From NCBI GenBank assembly GCA_965214705.1, contig OZ243972.1, forward strand, positions 1,248,001 through 1,312,000: 64,000 bases of DNA. Direction: 5' to 3'. The notes below the pieces were generated by a model. The model was not told where the DNA came from, searched no databases, and saw only the letters and a program-made list of their open reading frames with translations. This DNA is from Alphaproteobacteria bacterium (GTDB lineage: Bacteria > Pseudomonadota > Alphaproteobacteria > UBA828). Shown one piece after another: positions 21,258 through 30,077 of this stretch (position 1 is its first letter; each line of letters starts with the position of its first letter). A program made the position numbers and the translations under genes.

Positions 21258-22843
21258 TACGCCGAGTCCGTGTCGAAGAACTCGACGAGGCGGGCCTTTT
21301 GGAGCTTGCCGGTGGTGGTGAGGGGCAGCGCTCTGGCGGTGACGAAGCGAAATTCCCGCGGCACCTTGTAGGCGGCGAGGTGGGCGGAACAATGAGCGGT
21401 GAGCGCATCGGCCGTCGGCTGGGCGCCGTCGCGCGGCACGATGACGGCGGCGACCCGCTGGTCGCGCTCCGGGTCCGGCAGGCCGATCACGTAGGCGAGC
21501 TCGACCGCTGGCACTTCGGTCAGCACCGCCTCGACCTCCGCCGGGGAGACGTTGATGCCGCCGGTCTTGATCATCTCCTTGAGCCGCCCGCGGAAGTGCA
21601 GGAAGCCCTCCTCATCGAGCAGCCCGAGATCGCCGGTGCGGAAGTAGCCGTCGTGAAAGCTCCGCTCGTCCAGCGCCGGGTCCTTGTAGTAGCCGCAGGT
21701 GACGTAACCCTTGACCAGGATCTCGCCGACGGAGCCGGCCGTCAGCGGCGCGAGGCTTTCGGGGTCGGCGATGACGATGTCGACGCCCGGCAGCGCCCGG
21801 CCGACTGTGTTGAGTCGCTTCTCCAGCGGGTCGTCCACGTCGGTGACGTTGGAATTGCCGTAGGTCTCGGTCAGCCCGTAGATGTTGCAGGTCTCGGTGA
21901 CGCCGAGGTCGATCAGGCGCTCGATCTGCTCCGGCGAGCCCAGAGTCGCGCCCGCGCGCAGCGAGGAGATGTCGCGCGCCCGCCGCTCCGGGTGCTGCTC
22001 CAGCGCGTGCACCATGTTGGGCGTGCCGTAGAAGACGGTGCAGCGCTCGGCCTCGATCAGCCTGAGCGCCTCGCCGGCGTCGAAGTGCTCCTGCAGCACG
22101 ATGCAGCCCGCGTGGGTCATAACGGCGAAGAGCGCGTTCTCGCAGCCGAGGCCCCAGAAGAGAGAGACGGCCAGCCAGAGCCGGTCGCCAGGGCGCAGAT
22201 GCAGGCGCTCGCCGATGTTCCACATGTTCTGGATCAGGGCGTAGTGCTGCAGCTGCACGCCCTTGGGCAGCGCCGTGGTGCCCGAGGTGTAGAGCAGGTA
22301 GGCGACGTCCTCGCCGCGCACGGCGGCCTGGGCGCTATCGATCACCGCATCGTCGACGGTCTCCGCCAGGTCCCACAGCGTCTCGAAGCGCCGCGCCGGG
22401 TGATCGGGCGGGCCGCCGACACGCACGATCCCCTGCACGCCCGCGAGCGCATCGCCTTCGCGGGCGAGCGCGTCGAGGGTCTCCAGGTAGTCGTACTTGA
22501 GGAAGCGGTCGACCGTGATAAGGAACTTGGTGTCGGAGTGCTTGAGCACGTGGGCGAGCTCGCGCGCCGTCGCCCAGGTGTTGATGGCGACCATGGCGCC
22601 GCCGAGGAGGGTAATCGCGAAATCCGCGAGGAGCCACTCGGGCCGGTTGCCCATGAGGAGGCCGACCTTGTCGCCGCGTCGGACGCCCAGCGCGTGGAGG
22701 CCCTTCGCCAGCCGGCGCACTTCGTCCCGCAGCCCGCGATAGCTGAGCCGGGTCTCACCGTCGACCAGCGCCTCGTGGTCTGGGTAGCTTGCCGCCAGCT
22801 CGTCGAGCAGGGCCGGAATGGTCTTCGCGTTGGGCGCTTGCAT
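21257..22843 (-). CDS. Acyl-CoA synthetase / AMP-binding enzyme
   Basis: Real start MQAPNAK at 22843; YTSGTTALPKG, YGLTE, TGDLG, PLTTTGK. Confidence 0.92.
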   Translation of the reverse strand: MQAPNAKTIPALLDELAASYPDHEALVDGETRLSYRGLRDEVRRLAKGLHALGVRRGDKVGLLMGNRPEWLLADFAITLLGGAMVAINTWATARELAHVLKHSDTKFLITVDRFLKYDYLETLDALAREGDALAGVQGIVRVGGPPDHPARRFETLWDLAETVDDAVIDSAQAAVRGEDVAYLLYTSGTTALPKGVQLQHYALIQNMWNIGERLHLRPGDRLWLAVSLFWGLGCENALFAVMTHAGCIVLQEHFDAGEALRLIEAERCTVFYGTPNMVHALEQHPERRARDISSLRAGATLGSPEQIERLIDLGVTETCNIYGLTETYGNSNVTDVDDPLEKRLNTVGRALPGVDIVIADPESLAPLTAGSVGEILVKGYVTCGYYKDPALDERSFHDGYFRTGDLGLLDEEGFLHFRGRLKEMIKTGGINVSPAEVEAVLTEVPAVELAYVIGLPDPERDQRVAAVIVPRDGAQPTADALTAHCSAHLAAYKVPREFRFVTARALPLTTTGKLQKARLVEFFDTDSA

Positions 22844-23044
22844 GTCGCTGCTGTCGCCAGGGATCGGTCGCCGGAGAATAGTCCGCGCGCGGGGGCGGGT
22901 GAACCGTCGCGCTCGGCGGTGTAGGTTAGCGATGGCGCGCGTCTTCCGGCCCTTCCAGCCTGAGCGACGCTCGCAGCCCGCCCGAACGTATTCCCTTTGC
23001 GCCCCGACGAGATCTCCATTCCGCAAGGTAGGACGCACGAAACA

Positions 23045-24190
23045 ATGGCCAGCGACGTATCGACGATGCACCCCGACGACGCAGCCGAATGGCGCGCACG
23101 CAACGTGCCGGTCTTCAACGAGAACCGCTTCAAGCTCGGCGTCTTCGGGCAGAACTGCTCCAACGGCTGCACCATCACGCACGCTGAGACGACCTTCGAG
23201 CCGACCTACGAGCACAGCGTGAAGATCAGCCAGCTTGCGGACCGGCTCGGCTTCGAGTTGCTGGTGCCGGTGGGGCGCTGGCGGCACTTCGGCGGAACCA
23301 TGCAGTTCAACGGCAACAATCTGGAGGTCTACACCTGGGCCGCCGCGATGGCCTGCCACACGACGGACATCATGGTCTTCGCCACCTCGCACGTGCCGAC
23401 GGTGCATCCCATCTTCGCCGCCAAACAGGCCGCCACCATCGACAACATTTCCAGCGGGCGCTTCGGCCTGAACGTCGTCTGCGGCTGGTTCAAGCCGGAG
23501 ATCGAGATGTTCGGCATGGACCAGCTCGACCACGACGAGCGCTACGTCATGGCGGACGAATGGCTCTCCATCGTGAAGCAGCTCTGGGCCGAGGACGACT
23601 TCGACCACGAGGGCACGTACTACAGGGTCAACCAGGGATTCCTGGCGCCGAAGCCGATCCAGCGGCCCCACCCGGTGGTGATCAACGCGGGCTCCTCGCC
23701 GGCGGGCCGCGAGTTCTCCGCCAAGCTCGCCGATTTCAACTTCCTCTCGATCACGACGATGGAGAAGGCCGCGGAGATCGTGAAGGACATCCACGCCCGC
23801 GCCGCGAAGCACGGGCGCCGCTGCGGCGTGATGAGCTACGGCCTGGTGTGCTGCCGCGATACCGAAGCCGAGGCCCAGGCGCTCTACCGGCGCATCGTCG
23901 ACGAGGGCGACTGGGGCGCGACCAACACGATCATCGAGCTGATGCTCGGCGAGAACTACTCCTACGGTTCGAACAAGGAGCAGCTTCGCGCCATGGGCGA
24001 GCGCTTCATCGCCGGCTGGGGCGGCTACCCGCTGGTCGGCACGCCGGAGCAGGTGGTCGAAAAGATGCTCGCCATCGCCGACATCGGCGTCGAAGGATTC
24101 ATCCTCTCGTGGCTCGACTACCACGAGGAGCTGAAGTATTTCGGCGAGAAGGTGATGCCGCTGATGCGACAGGCGGGGCTGCGCGTGTAG
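23045..24190 (+). CDS. LLM-class (luciferase-like) flavin-dependent monooxygenase
   Basis: FKLGVF, GRFGLNVVCGW, INAGSSPAGREF, LVGTPEQV. Confidence 0.88.
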   Translation: MASDVSTMHPDDAAEWRARNVPVFNENRFKLGVFGQNCSNGCTITHAETTFEPTYEHSVKISQLADRLGFELLVPVGRWRHFGGTMQFNGNNLEVYTWAAAMACHTTDIMVFATSHVPTVHPIFAAKQAATIDNISSGRFGLNVVCGWFKPEIEMFGMDQLDHDERYVMADEWLSIVKQLWAEDDFDHEGTYYRVNQGFLAPKPIQRPHPVVINAGSSPAGREFSAKLADFNFLSITTMEKAAEIVKDIHARAAKHGRRCGVMSYGLVCCRDTEAEAQALYRRIVDEGDWGATNTIIELMLGENYSYGSNKEQLRAMGERFIAGWGGYPLVGTPEQVVEKMLAIADIGVEGFILSWLDYHEELKYFGEKVMPLMRQAGLRV

Positions 24191-24319
24191 TCGCATAACT
24201 CTTGCCGCGCCTGGACCCCGCGGTACGGGTGACACCGGAACTTGTTCAGGTTCCGCAGTCGCGGCGGTATGGGATAGAGTAGCCGCCGCAAGCTGAACGG
24301 AGGGCAGAGGACGGGGCCC

Positions 24320-24817
24320 ATGTCCGACTACACGACCGAGCTCGGATCGCTCGACGACTACCGCAAGGGCGGGGTCCACATCATCAACGACGATCCGCGC
24401 AACTACGTCTTCTCCAACGTGTTCGAGGTGGCCGGCAAGTCGGCGCCGTTCGAGCGCGTGTGCGTCGCCAAGAACCTGGAGTACGCGATCGAGATCATGC
24501 GCGTCGAAGGCGCCTCGCCCTGGTTCACGGCGGGCCACGACGAGTTCGCGCTCTGCCTCGACGGCCGGATCGAGGTCGAGCTGATGAAGCATGGCGGCGA
24601 CGCGCCGGAGGGCGACGGCGCACACGCGCTCGATGGCGAGCCCGACGGCCCCCGCATGGGGCGCATCCGCGCCGGACGCGGCCACCTGACCCTGCTGCCG
24701 GCACAAGCCGCCTACCGCTTCTCGGCCGAGGCGCCGAGCGTGGTCCTGTTCCAGACGATCGACGGCCCGCTTACCATCGAGCGCTGGGCCGAGATCTGCC
24801 AGACCGGCGAGGAGTGA
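24320..24817 (+). CDS. Hydroquinone 1,2-dioxygenase small subunit (PnpC1/HqdA-like cupin)
   Basis: GSLDDYRKGGVHIINDDPRNYVFSNVFEVA...KNLEY...HDEF...WAEIC; paired with the large subunit. Confidence 0.8.
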   Translation: MSDYTTELGSLDDYRKGGVHIINDDPRNYVFSNVFEVAGKSAPFERVCVAKNLEYAIEIMRVEGASPWFTAGHDEFALCLDGRIEVELMKHGGDAPEGDGAHALDGEPDGPRMGRIRAGRGHLTLLPAQAAYRFSAEAPSVVLFQTIDGPLTIERWAEICQTGEE

Positions 24818-24822
24818 GAGCG

Positions 24823-25815
24823 ATGTCCGCACAGACCGCACAGGCCGCCTACTCGGCCTCCGATCCCGACAACTACACCGGCTATCGCACCTTCCAGATC
24901 GGCGGCTTCGGCTTCCGCCGCGACGAGTATTTCGCCTACGTCTCCTGGCCGGACGGCTCGCATCTCATGCCGGTGGACGCCTTCCTGCGCGCGCTGGTGC
25001 GCGAGGTGGCGTGGAACTTCTTCTACGGCACCCTCAACTTCGACGACGTGTTCGGCACCACCAACCTCTACGGCCAGGTCGAGCTCTACATCGGGCGCTT
25101 CAACGACGCCTACCGTGACAACGGCCGCGACTATTCGGAGACCATCGATTCCGACGACCTGAGGGCGACCTTCCAGGCCATGCTCGACGACTGGACCAAC
25201 GCCGGTTACGACCCCTTCACGGCCCCGCAGGAGACGGCGCAGCCCTTCGGCCGCAAGAGTGGGCGCAACCCCGAGGCCCTCGGCCGCGTGCGGGTGACGG
25301 CGAAGCGCATGGTCGGCCTGCCCGACGATGCGCCGCTGCGGACCGACGAGAGCGGCTACCCGGTCAACCGCATGTTCGCCGACGTGGCGCAGGACGAGCC
25401 GGAGGTCGAGATCGAGCCCGGCTTCGAGAACGAGGTGCAGTCCTTCAACCTCTTCGCCTACCTCTCGCGCTCGGACGTGACCTGGAACCCGTCCGTCTGC
25501 TCCGTGGTGAAGGACAGCCTGTTCTGCCCCACGTCCGAGGAGTTCATCCTGCCGGTGGAGCACGGCAACGACCGGGTGGAGTGGTTCATCCAGCTCTCGG
25601 ACGAGATCGTCTGGGAGGTGAAGGACAAGCATTCGGGCGACCCCCGCGCGGTGGTGACCATGCGGGCGGGAGACGTCGCCTGCATGCCGGCGGATATTCG
25701 CCACCAGGGCTTCTCGCCCAAGCGCTCGATGCTGCTGGTGTGGGAGAACGCCTCGCCGGCGATCCCCGAGATGATCGCCAAGGGCGAGGCGCCGATCGTG
25801 CCCGTGCGCTTCTAG
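24823..25815 (+). CDS. Hydroquinone 1,2-dioxygenase large subunit (PnpC2/HqdB-like)
   Basis: Start MSAQTAQ at 24823; FRRDEYF, AWNFFYG, LSRSDVTWNPSV, PVEHGNDRVEWF, MPADIRHQG. Confidence 0.82.
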   Translation: MSAQTAQAAYSASDPDNYTGYRTFQIGGFGFRRDEYFAYVSWPDGSHLMPVDAFLRALVREVAWNFFYGTLNFDDVFGTTNLYGQVELYIGRFNDAYRDNGRDYSETIDSDDLRATFQAMLDDWTNAGYDPFTAPQETAQPFGRKSGRNPEALGRVRVTAKRMVGLPDDAPLRTDESGYPVNRMFADVAQDEPEVEIEPGFENEVQSFNLFAYLSRSDVTWNPSVCSVVKDSLFCPTSEEFILPVEHGNDRVEWFIQLSDEIVWEVKDKHSGDPRAVVTMRAGDVACMPADIRHQGFSPKRSMLLVWENASPAIPEMIAKGEAPIVPVRF

Positions 25816-25874
25816 CCGCCCGGCGCCCGCTCCCCACCCGTACCACCGCGTTCGCGTCCCGGCACGTCCGGCGC

Positions 25875-26747
25875 ATGACCGAGATCGTCCCGCTCGCCGA
25901 CGCGGTGTCGTCGCTCATCCATGACGGCGATACCGTCGCTATGGAGGGCTTCACCCACTTGATTCCCCATGCCGCCGGCCACGCGGTGGTCCGCGCAGGG
26001 CTGAAGGACCTCACGGCGGTGCGGATGACGCCGGACCTGATCTACGACCAGCTCATCGGCATGGGCTGCGTCAAGAAGCTGGTGTTCTCCTGGGGCGGCA
26101 ATCCGGGGGTGGGCTCGCTGCACCGCTTCCGCGACGCGGTGGAGAAGGGCTGGCCCCGGCCGCTCGAGATCGAGGAGCGGAGCCACGCCGACCTCGCCAA
26201 CGCCTACGTCGCGGGTGCGAGCGGGCTGCCCTTCTCGGTGATCCGGGGCTACGTCGGCTCGGACCTGCCGGCGCACAACCCGATCATCAAGTTCATCACC
26301 TGTCCCTTCACCGGGGAGAAGCTCGCGGCGAGCCCTGCCATCTGCCCCGACATCGCGGTGATCCACGCCCAGCAGGCCGACCGCAAGGGCAACGTCATGC
26401 TCTGGGGCATCTCCGGCGTGCAGAAGGAGGTGGCGCTTGCGAGCAAGACGGTGCTCGTCACGGTGGAGGAGGTCGTGGACGAGCTGGAGCCCCGGCCGTG
26501 CTCGGTGCACCTGCCGCACTGGGTGGTGACCGCCGTCTCGCCCGCGCCCGGCGGCGCCAGGCCCTCCTACGCGCTCGGCTACTACAAGCGGGACAATACG
26601 TTCTACGAGGCCTGGGACGGGATCGCGCGGTCGCGCGAAGCGTTCACCGCCTGGATGGAGCGCCACGTGCTCGGCACCGAGGATTTCGCGGGCTTCGAGC
26701 GGAGCGTCGCTGCCGCGGCGGTTGCCGAGGGCGCCCGGCAGGCGTAG
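25875..26747 (+). CDS. CoA-transferase subunit A (3-oxoadipate/glutaconate CoA-transferase, CatI-like)
   Basis: Start MTEIVPL at 25875; EGFTHLIP, RMTPDLIYDQLIG, FSWGGNPGVGSLHRFRD, HAQQAD. Confidence 0.88.
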   Translation: MTEIVPLADAVSSLIHDGDTVAMEGFTHLIPHAAGHAVVRAGLKDLTAVRMTPDLIYDQLIGMGCVKKLVFSWGGNPGVGSLHRFRDAVEKGWPRPLEIEERSHADLANAYVAGASGLPFSVIRGYVGSDLPAHNPIIKFITCPFTGEKLAASPAICPDIAVIHAQQADRKGNVMLWGISGVQKEVALASKTVLVTVEEVVDELEPRPCSVHLPHWVVTAVSPAPGGARPSYALGYYKRDNTFYEAWDGIARSREAFTAWMERHVLGTEDFAGFERSVAAAAVAEGARQA

Positions 26748-26782
26748 ATAAGGCCCGCGCTGCCCATCGGGCGGCGGACCGC

Positions 26783-26872
26783 GGAGGGGTGCCGGAGTGG
26801 TCGAACGGGGCGGTCTCGAAAACCGTTGTACGCGCGAGCGTACCGTGGGTTCGAATCCCACCCCCTCCGCCA
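26783..26872 (+). tRNA. tRNA-Ser(CGA)
   Basis: GGAGGGG acceptor stem pairing with CCCCTCC-G-CCA; anticodon arm GCGGT-CTCGAAA-ACCGT; long variable arm; GGGTTCGAATCCC T-arm. Confidence 0.96.
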
Positions 26873-26950
26873 CTTATTCTAACTAACATATTGATATATA
26901 ACTATTTTCTGAAACAATGAAATGATGAGTCCCTCACTCATACCCTCACT
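26873..26950. other. Putative att junction with integrase arm-type repeats
   Basis: Very AT-rich segment right after CCA, ending in the direct repeat CCCTCACT-CATA-CCCTCACT (26931-26950). Confidence 0.5.
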
Positions 26951-27170
26951 GCGCTCGACATAGCGCCAGCCCGCCGTCCCGCTCGCCGTTCTCCTCCCAC
27001 CGCAACCGCGCCGCCCGATCGACGGTCCGCCGACCTCCGGCAACCCCTTGCCGGGCGAGCCGCAATGCCGGTTCGACCCTCATGGCGCGACCCGACGTTA
27101 CCGGCCCCTCCATGTCCGATCGCGCGGTCGCAATACGTCCGGGCGGAATCCGTCCCGGTGCCGCCAGGCC

Positions 27171-27404
27171 TCATGGACTATTCCGATCCGCCTGTCCGGC
27201 ATCGTTGGGCGCCCCACCGGCACGCGGCAGCGACTCGAGCCAATCATCGATATCCTTGCGCCGCCAACCGATCGATTGCACGCCCAGCTTGAGCGGCCGC
27301 GGGAACGTGCCCTCGCGATACCGGCGATGGATCGTGCCCTTGCTCATTCCCGTCAGCCGCGCGACCTCCGGCAGTCGCAGGATCTTCGGCTCCGATTTGG
27401 CCAT
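27171..27404 (-). CDS. AlpA-family phage/ICE regulator (excisionase-like)
   Basis: ILRLPEVARLTGMSKGTIHRRYREGTFPRPLKLGVQSIGWRRKDIDDWL. Confidence 0.9.
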   Translation of the reverse strand: MAKSEPKILRLPEVARLTGMSKGTIHRRYREGTFPRPLKLGVQSIGWRRKDIDDWLESLPRAGGAPNDAGQADRNSP

Positions 27405-27455
27405 TCCAATTCCTTCCGTTTCGTTGATTCTCCGCGTTCTTGCATCCCGTCAGCG

Positions 27456-28058
27456 CTACGGCCTGCGCACGACCAGCGCGCAATCCACCTCGGCCTCCAT
27501 CCGCCTCGCCTCGACCGCGCAGTCGACGATGGTCCGGCCGTGGGTCTCCCATATCCATCCGCTCCAGCCACCGCTCGGATCGTGCAAGGGGATCGGCTGG
27601 AACTCCTTCTGCACGAGCACGCCGAGCAGCAGGGCGGCCGGGACGGCGGCGGCCATCGCCGCCGTCTTCCAGCGTCGTTGCCAGCGCCGGTCCTCCTCCA
27701 CCCACCGCCCCAGGTCGGCCCTGCAGCTTCCCAATTCGCCGGAGAGCCCCACCGCCGCGTCCACCGCCGCCTTGTAGTCCGGGTCCGTTTCGAGCAGCCG
27801 GCCCACCAGCTTCTTCGTGTCGCCCACGGTCTCGCCGATGGCGCCTGTTGCCTTGGCGAGCTTGTCGAACGCCCCTTTCGTCGGTCCCGGCGCCGGACAC
27901 TTCTTCTCTTCCAGCCGCCTGTCGATGACTTCCAGCCGGGCCAGGATCTCGCCCATCACCGATGGACGGGCCTGCTCCGCCCCATCTTCCGGTCCGCCGT
28001 TCCCGGCGTCCCCGCCAGGCCCGCTTCGCTTGTTCATGCCCGGGTTGTCCGCACTCAT
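27456..28058 (-). CDS. Hypothetical coiled-coil protein with one TM helix
   Basis: ATG at 28058 overlaps the coupling-protein stop (ATGA) and has a GGAGAGAGG RBS; TM segment AAMAAAVPAALLLGVLV. Confidence 0.55.
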   Translation of the reverse strand: MSADNPGMNKRSGPGGDAGNGGPEDGAEQARPSVMGEILARLEVIDRRLEEKKCPAPGPTKGAFDKLAKATGAIGETVGDTKKLVGRLLETDPDYKAAVDAAVGLSGELGSCRADLGRWVEEDRRWQRRWKTAAMAAAVPAALLLGVLVQKEFQPIPLHDPSGGWSGWIWETHGRTIVDCAVEARRMEAEVDCALVVRRP

Positions 28059-30034
28059 GTCCTCTCTCCTCCCAGGAGCTTCAGCGGCCGCGCCTTCCGG
28101 GCCTCCCTGTTGCCTCGCCGATCCGCCTTCTGCTTGCGCAGCACGAAGGGGTTGGGATCGGCCAGACGGTCCGAATCGGGACGCCGCCAGTAGCACGCGT
28201 GGTGCAGGTGCAGCGCATCGCGCGGCAGGTCCTTCGCCGCCGCGATCACGTATTGCCGGTCCGGTCCCAGCGTCATCAGCGCGTCGGGCGTCACCACGCG
28301 CTCACGCACCAGGGACGTCGACTCGCCCGCCTGCCACTGGGTGTTGGCGGTAACGATGCGGCTCTCGGCGACAGTCCCCGACCGGCTCTCGGTCCTTCCC
28401 TCGAAAGTCGCGGTGCCGATCGCCTTCGAGAGCTCCTCCGCGCCCTCGGCGTCGGTGCGCGGGAAGCCCAGCACCTGGACCACCTCCGCCAGGTGAAGCA
28501 GCGTCTTGCGGTGCTCCTTTCCCCAGCTCGAATCCAGCGCCGAGATCGACTGGGCAAAGCACCAGAAGTGGACGCCCTTGCCGGCCGCCATGGTGTAGCC
28601 GTCCATCACCGGCTTGAGGAAGCCGATGCGCGGCATCTCGTCGATGACGATCAGCATGTCGCGCTGCAGCGGCTCGATGCCGGCGATCGCGTTGGGGATG
28701 GCGACCCAGAGCCGGAGCCAGCCCTTGACGTGCTCGACGGTCTCCTCGGGGGCGACCACGAAGAGGTCGGTGTGTCCGTCCGCCAGGCTCAGCGGGTCGA
28801 AGCTCGACCGCGCGGTGTTGGCGAGCAGCTCCGGGTAGTTGAGGAACGCCAATTGGTTGGCGACCGTGGTGAAGTTGGAGCCGCCTTCCTCCCTGCCGAC
28901 CTGGGCCTGGCGTTCGACCGCGATACGCGCGAGGCCGCCCGCGAAGGGCTCCTCCTTCCTGAAGGCCTCGGCGAAGCCCTCGCGCGCCTCGGGCGAGGCC
29001 GACAGCATCTCGTGAACCGTCTTGAGAGTGCGTTTGTATGGCGGCTCCTTGAACCGCACCCACGCCGTGTAGCCGGCGACGATGGCGCGCGCGGACTCGT
29101 AGAAGTGCCGGGTGTTGTCGTGGGCCCCGGGACGGGGCGGTGTGAGCAACGCGTCGAGCAGCACGTTGATGTCGCGCACGGCGAGGCTGTCGTCGTCCCG
29201 AATGAACTCCAGCGGGTTGTAGGTCGCGCTGCGGACATCGGGCAGATGGCAGTCCTCGAACTCTCTGCCGTGCGCCTTCACTACCCCGAAGGGGTCGAGA
29301 AGCACCGCGCGGCGCCCCAGTTCCCGCCGCCGCCGCGACGCGATGCACCAGAGCTCGCCGCGCGGATCGATGGTAACGGTCGATCCGTCGAAGCCCCGCT
29401 CGTCCGGCGTGAGCAGGTTGAGCGCGATCAGCGCCCCCTTGCCGGTGCGGGGCGGGGCCACGGTGATGGCGGAGCCTTCGAGCGACCAGCCGATGAGCGG
29501 CGCGTTCCGGCCCGCGCCCCACTGCCCGAGCAGGATGCCCCGGCGCTTCGCCAGCCTGCGCAGGAAGCGGCGGCCCAGCAGGCTCGCATGTCCGTGCAGG
29601 TCCGACTCCGCGCGCCGCCGGCGCTCTCCCCCGCCGAGACGGCGCAGGCTCGCGAAGGCAACCTCGAACCAGAGCACGGTCAGCAGCACGACGGCCGGGC
29701 CGGGCACCACGAGCAGCACCAGGCTCACCCCGTCGAGCCGGTCCAGCCACGCCATCACGGCCCCGAACGAGGGCGCGTGCCGGAGCGGCCGCACGATGCC
29801 GGTCCAGAACGAAGCGGCGCCCACAGCGAGGCCTCCGCCGTAGAGCCCGAAGCGGACCCCGCGAAATGCGTCCTTGCGGTCGCTGGCGAAGTAGGCGAGC
29901 AACGACGCCCCCACGGCGAGGCCGAGGCCGGCAGCGGCGGCGTCTTCCGGCCGGTATCCGTTGACCAGCCACGCCGCCCAGGCCGATCCGGCGGCAAGCA
30001 GGAGGGCGCAGAGGCCCGGCTGGACGTATCTCAT
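28055..30034 (-). CDS. virD4: Type IV coupling protein, VirD4/TraG family
   Basis: Start MRYVQPG; N-terminal TMs; LHGHA, APPRTGKG (Walker A), IDPRGE, LDPF, YNPL, IVIDEMP, FAQS, LVRERVVTPD. Confidence 0.85.
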   Translation of the reverse strand: MRYVQPGLCALLLAAGSAWAAWLVNGYRPEDAAAAGLGLAVGASLLAYFASDRKDAFRGVRFGLYGGGLAVGAASFWTGIVRPLRHAPSFGAVMAWLDRLDGVSLVLLVVPGPAVVLLTVLWFEVAFASLRRLGGGERRRRAESDLHGHASLLGRRFLRRLAKRRGILLGQWGAGRNAPLIGWSLEGSAITVAPPRTGKGALIALNLLTPDERGFDGSTVTIDPRGELWCIASRRRRELGRRAVLLDPFGVVKAHGREFEDCHLPDVRSATYNPLEFIRDDDSLAVRDINVLLDALLTPPRPGAHDNTRHFYESARAIVAGYTAWVRFKEPPYKRTLKTVHEMLSASPEAREGFAEAFRKEEPFAGGLARIAVERQAQVGREEGGSNFTTVANQLAFLNYPELLANTARSSFDPLSLADGHTDLFVVAPEETVEHVKGWLRLWVAIPNAIAGIEPLQRDMLIVIDEMPRIGFLKPVMDGYTMAAGKGVHFWCFAQSISALDSSWGKEHRKTLLHLAEVVQVLGFPRTDAEGAEELSKAIGTATFEGRTESRSGTVAESRIVTANTQWQAGESTSLVRERVVTPDALMTLGPDRQYVIAAAKDLPRDALHLHHACYWRRPDSDRLADPNPFVLRKQKADRRGNREARKARPLKLLGGERT

Positions 30035-30077
30035 TGCGAAGCTCCTGTGGCGCCGAGGGGATCGATCCGTGGCATCG

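Noticed and set aside
22844-24841. N-terminal extension of the 1194-aa ORF (21257-24841, minus)
   Set aside because: It is the antisense shadow of the LLM monooxygenase and dioxygenase genes; the ligase starts at 22843.
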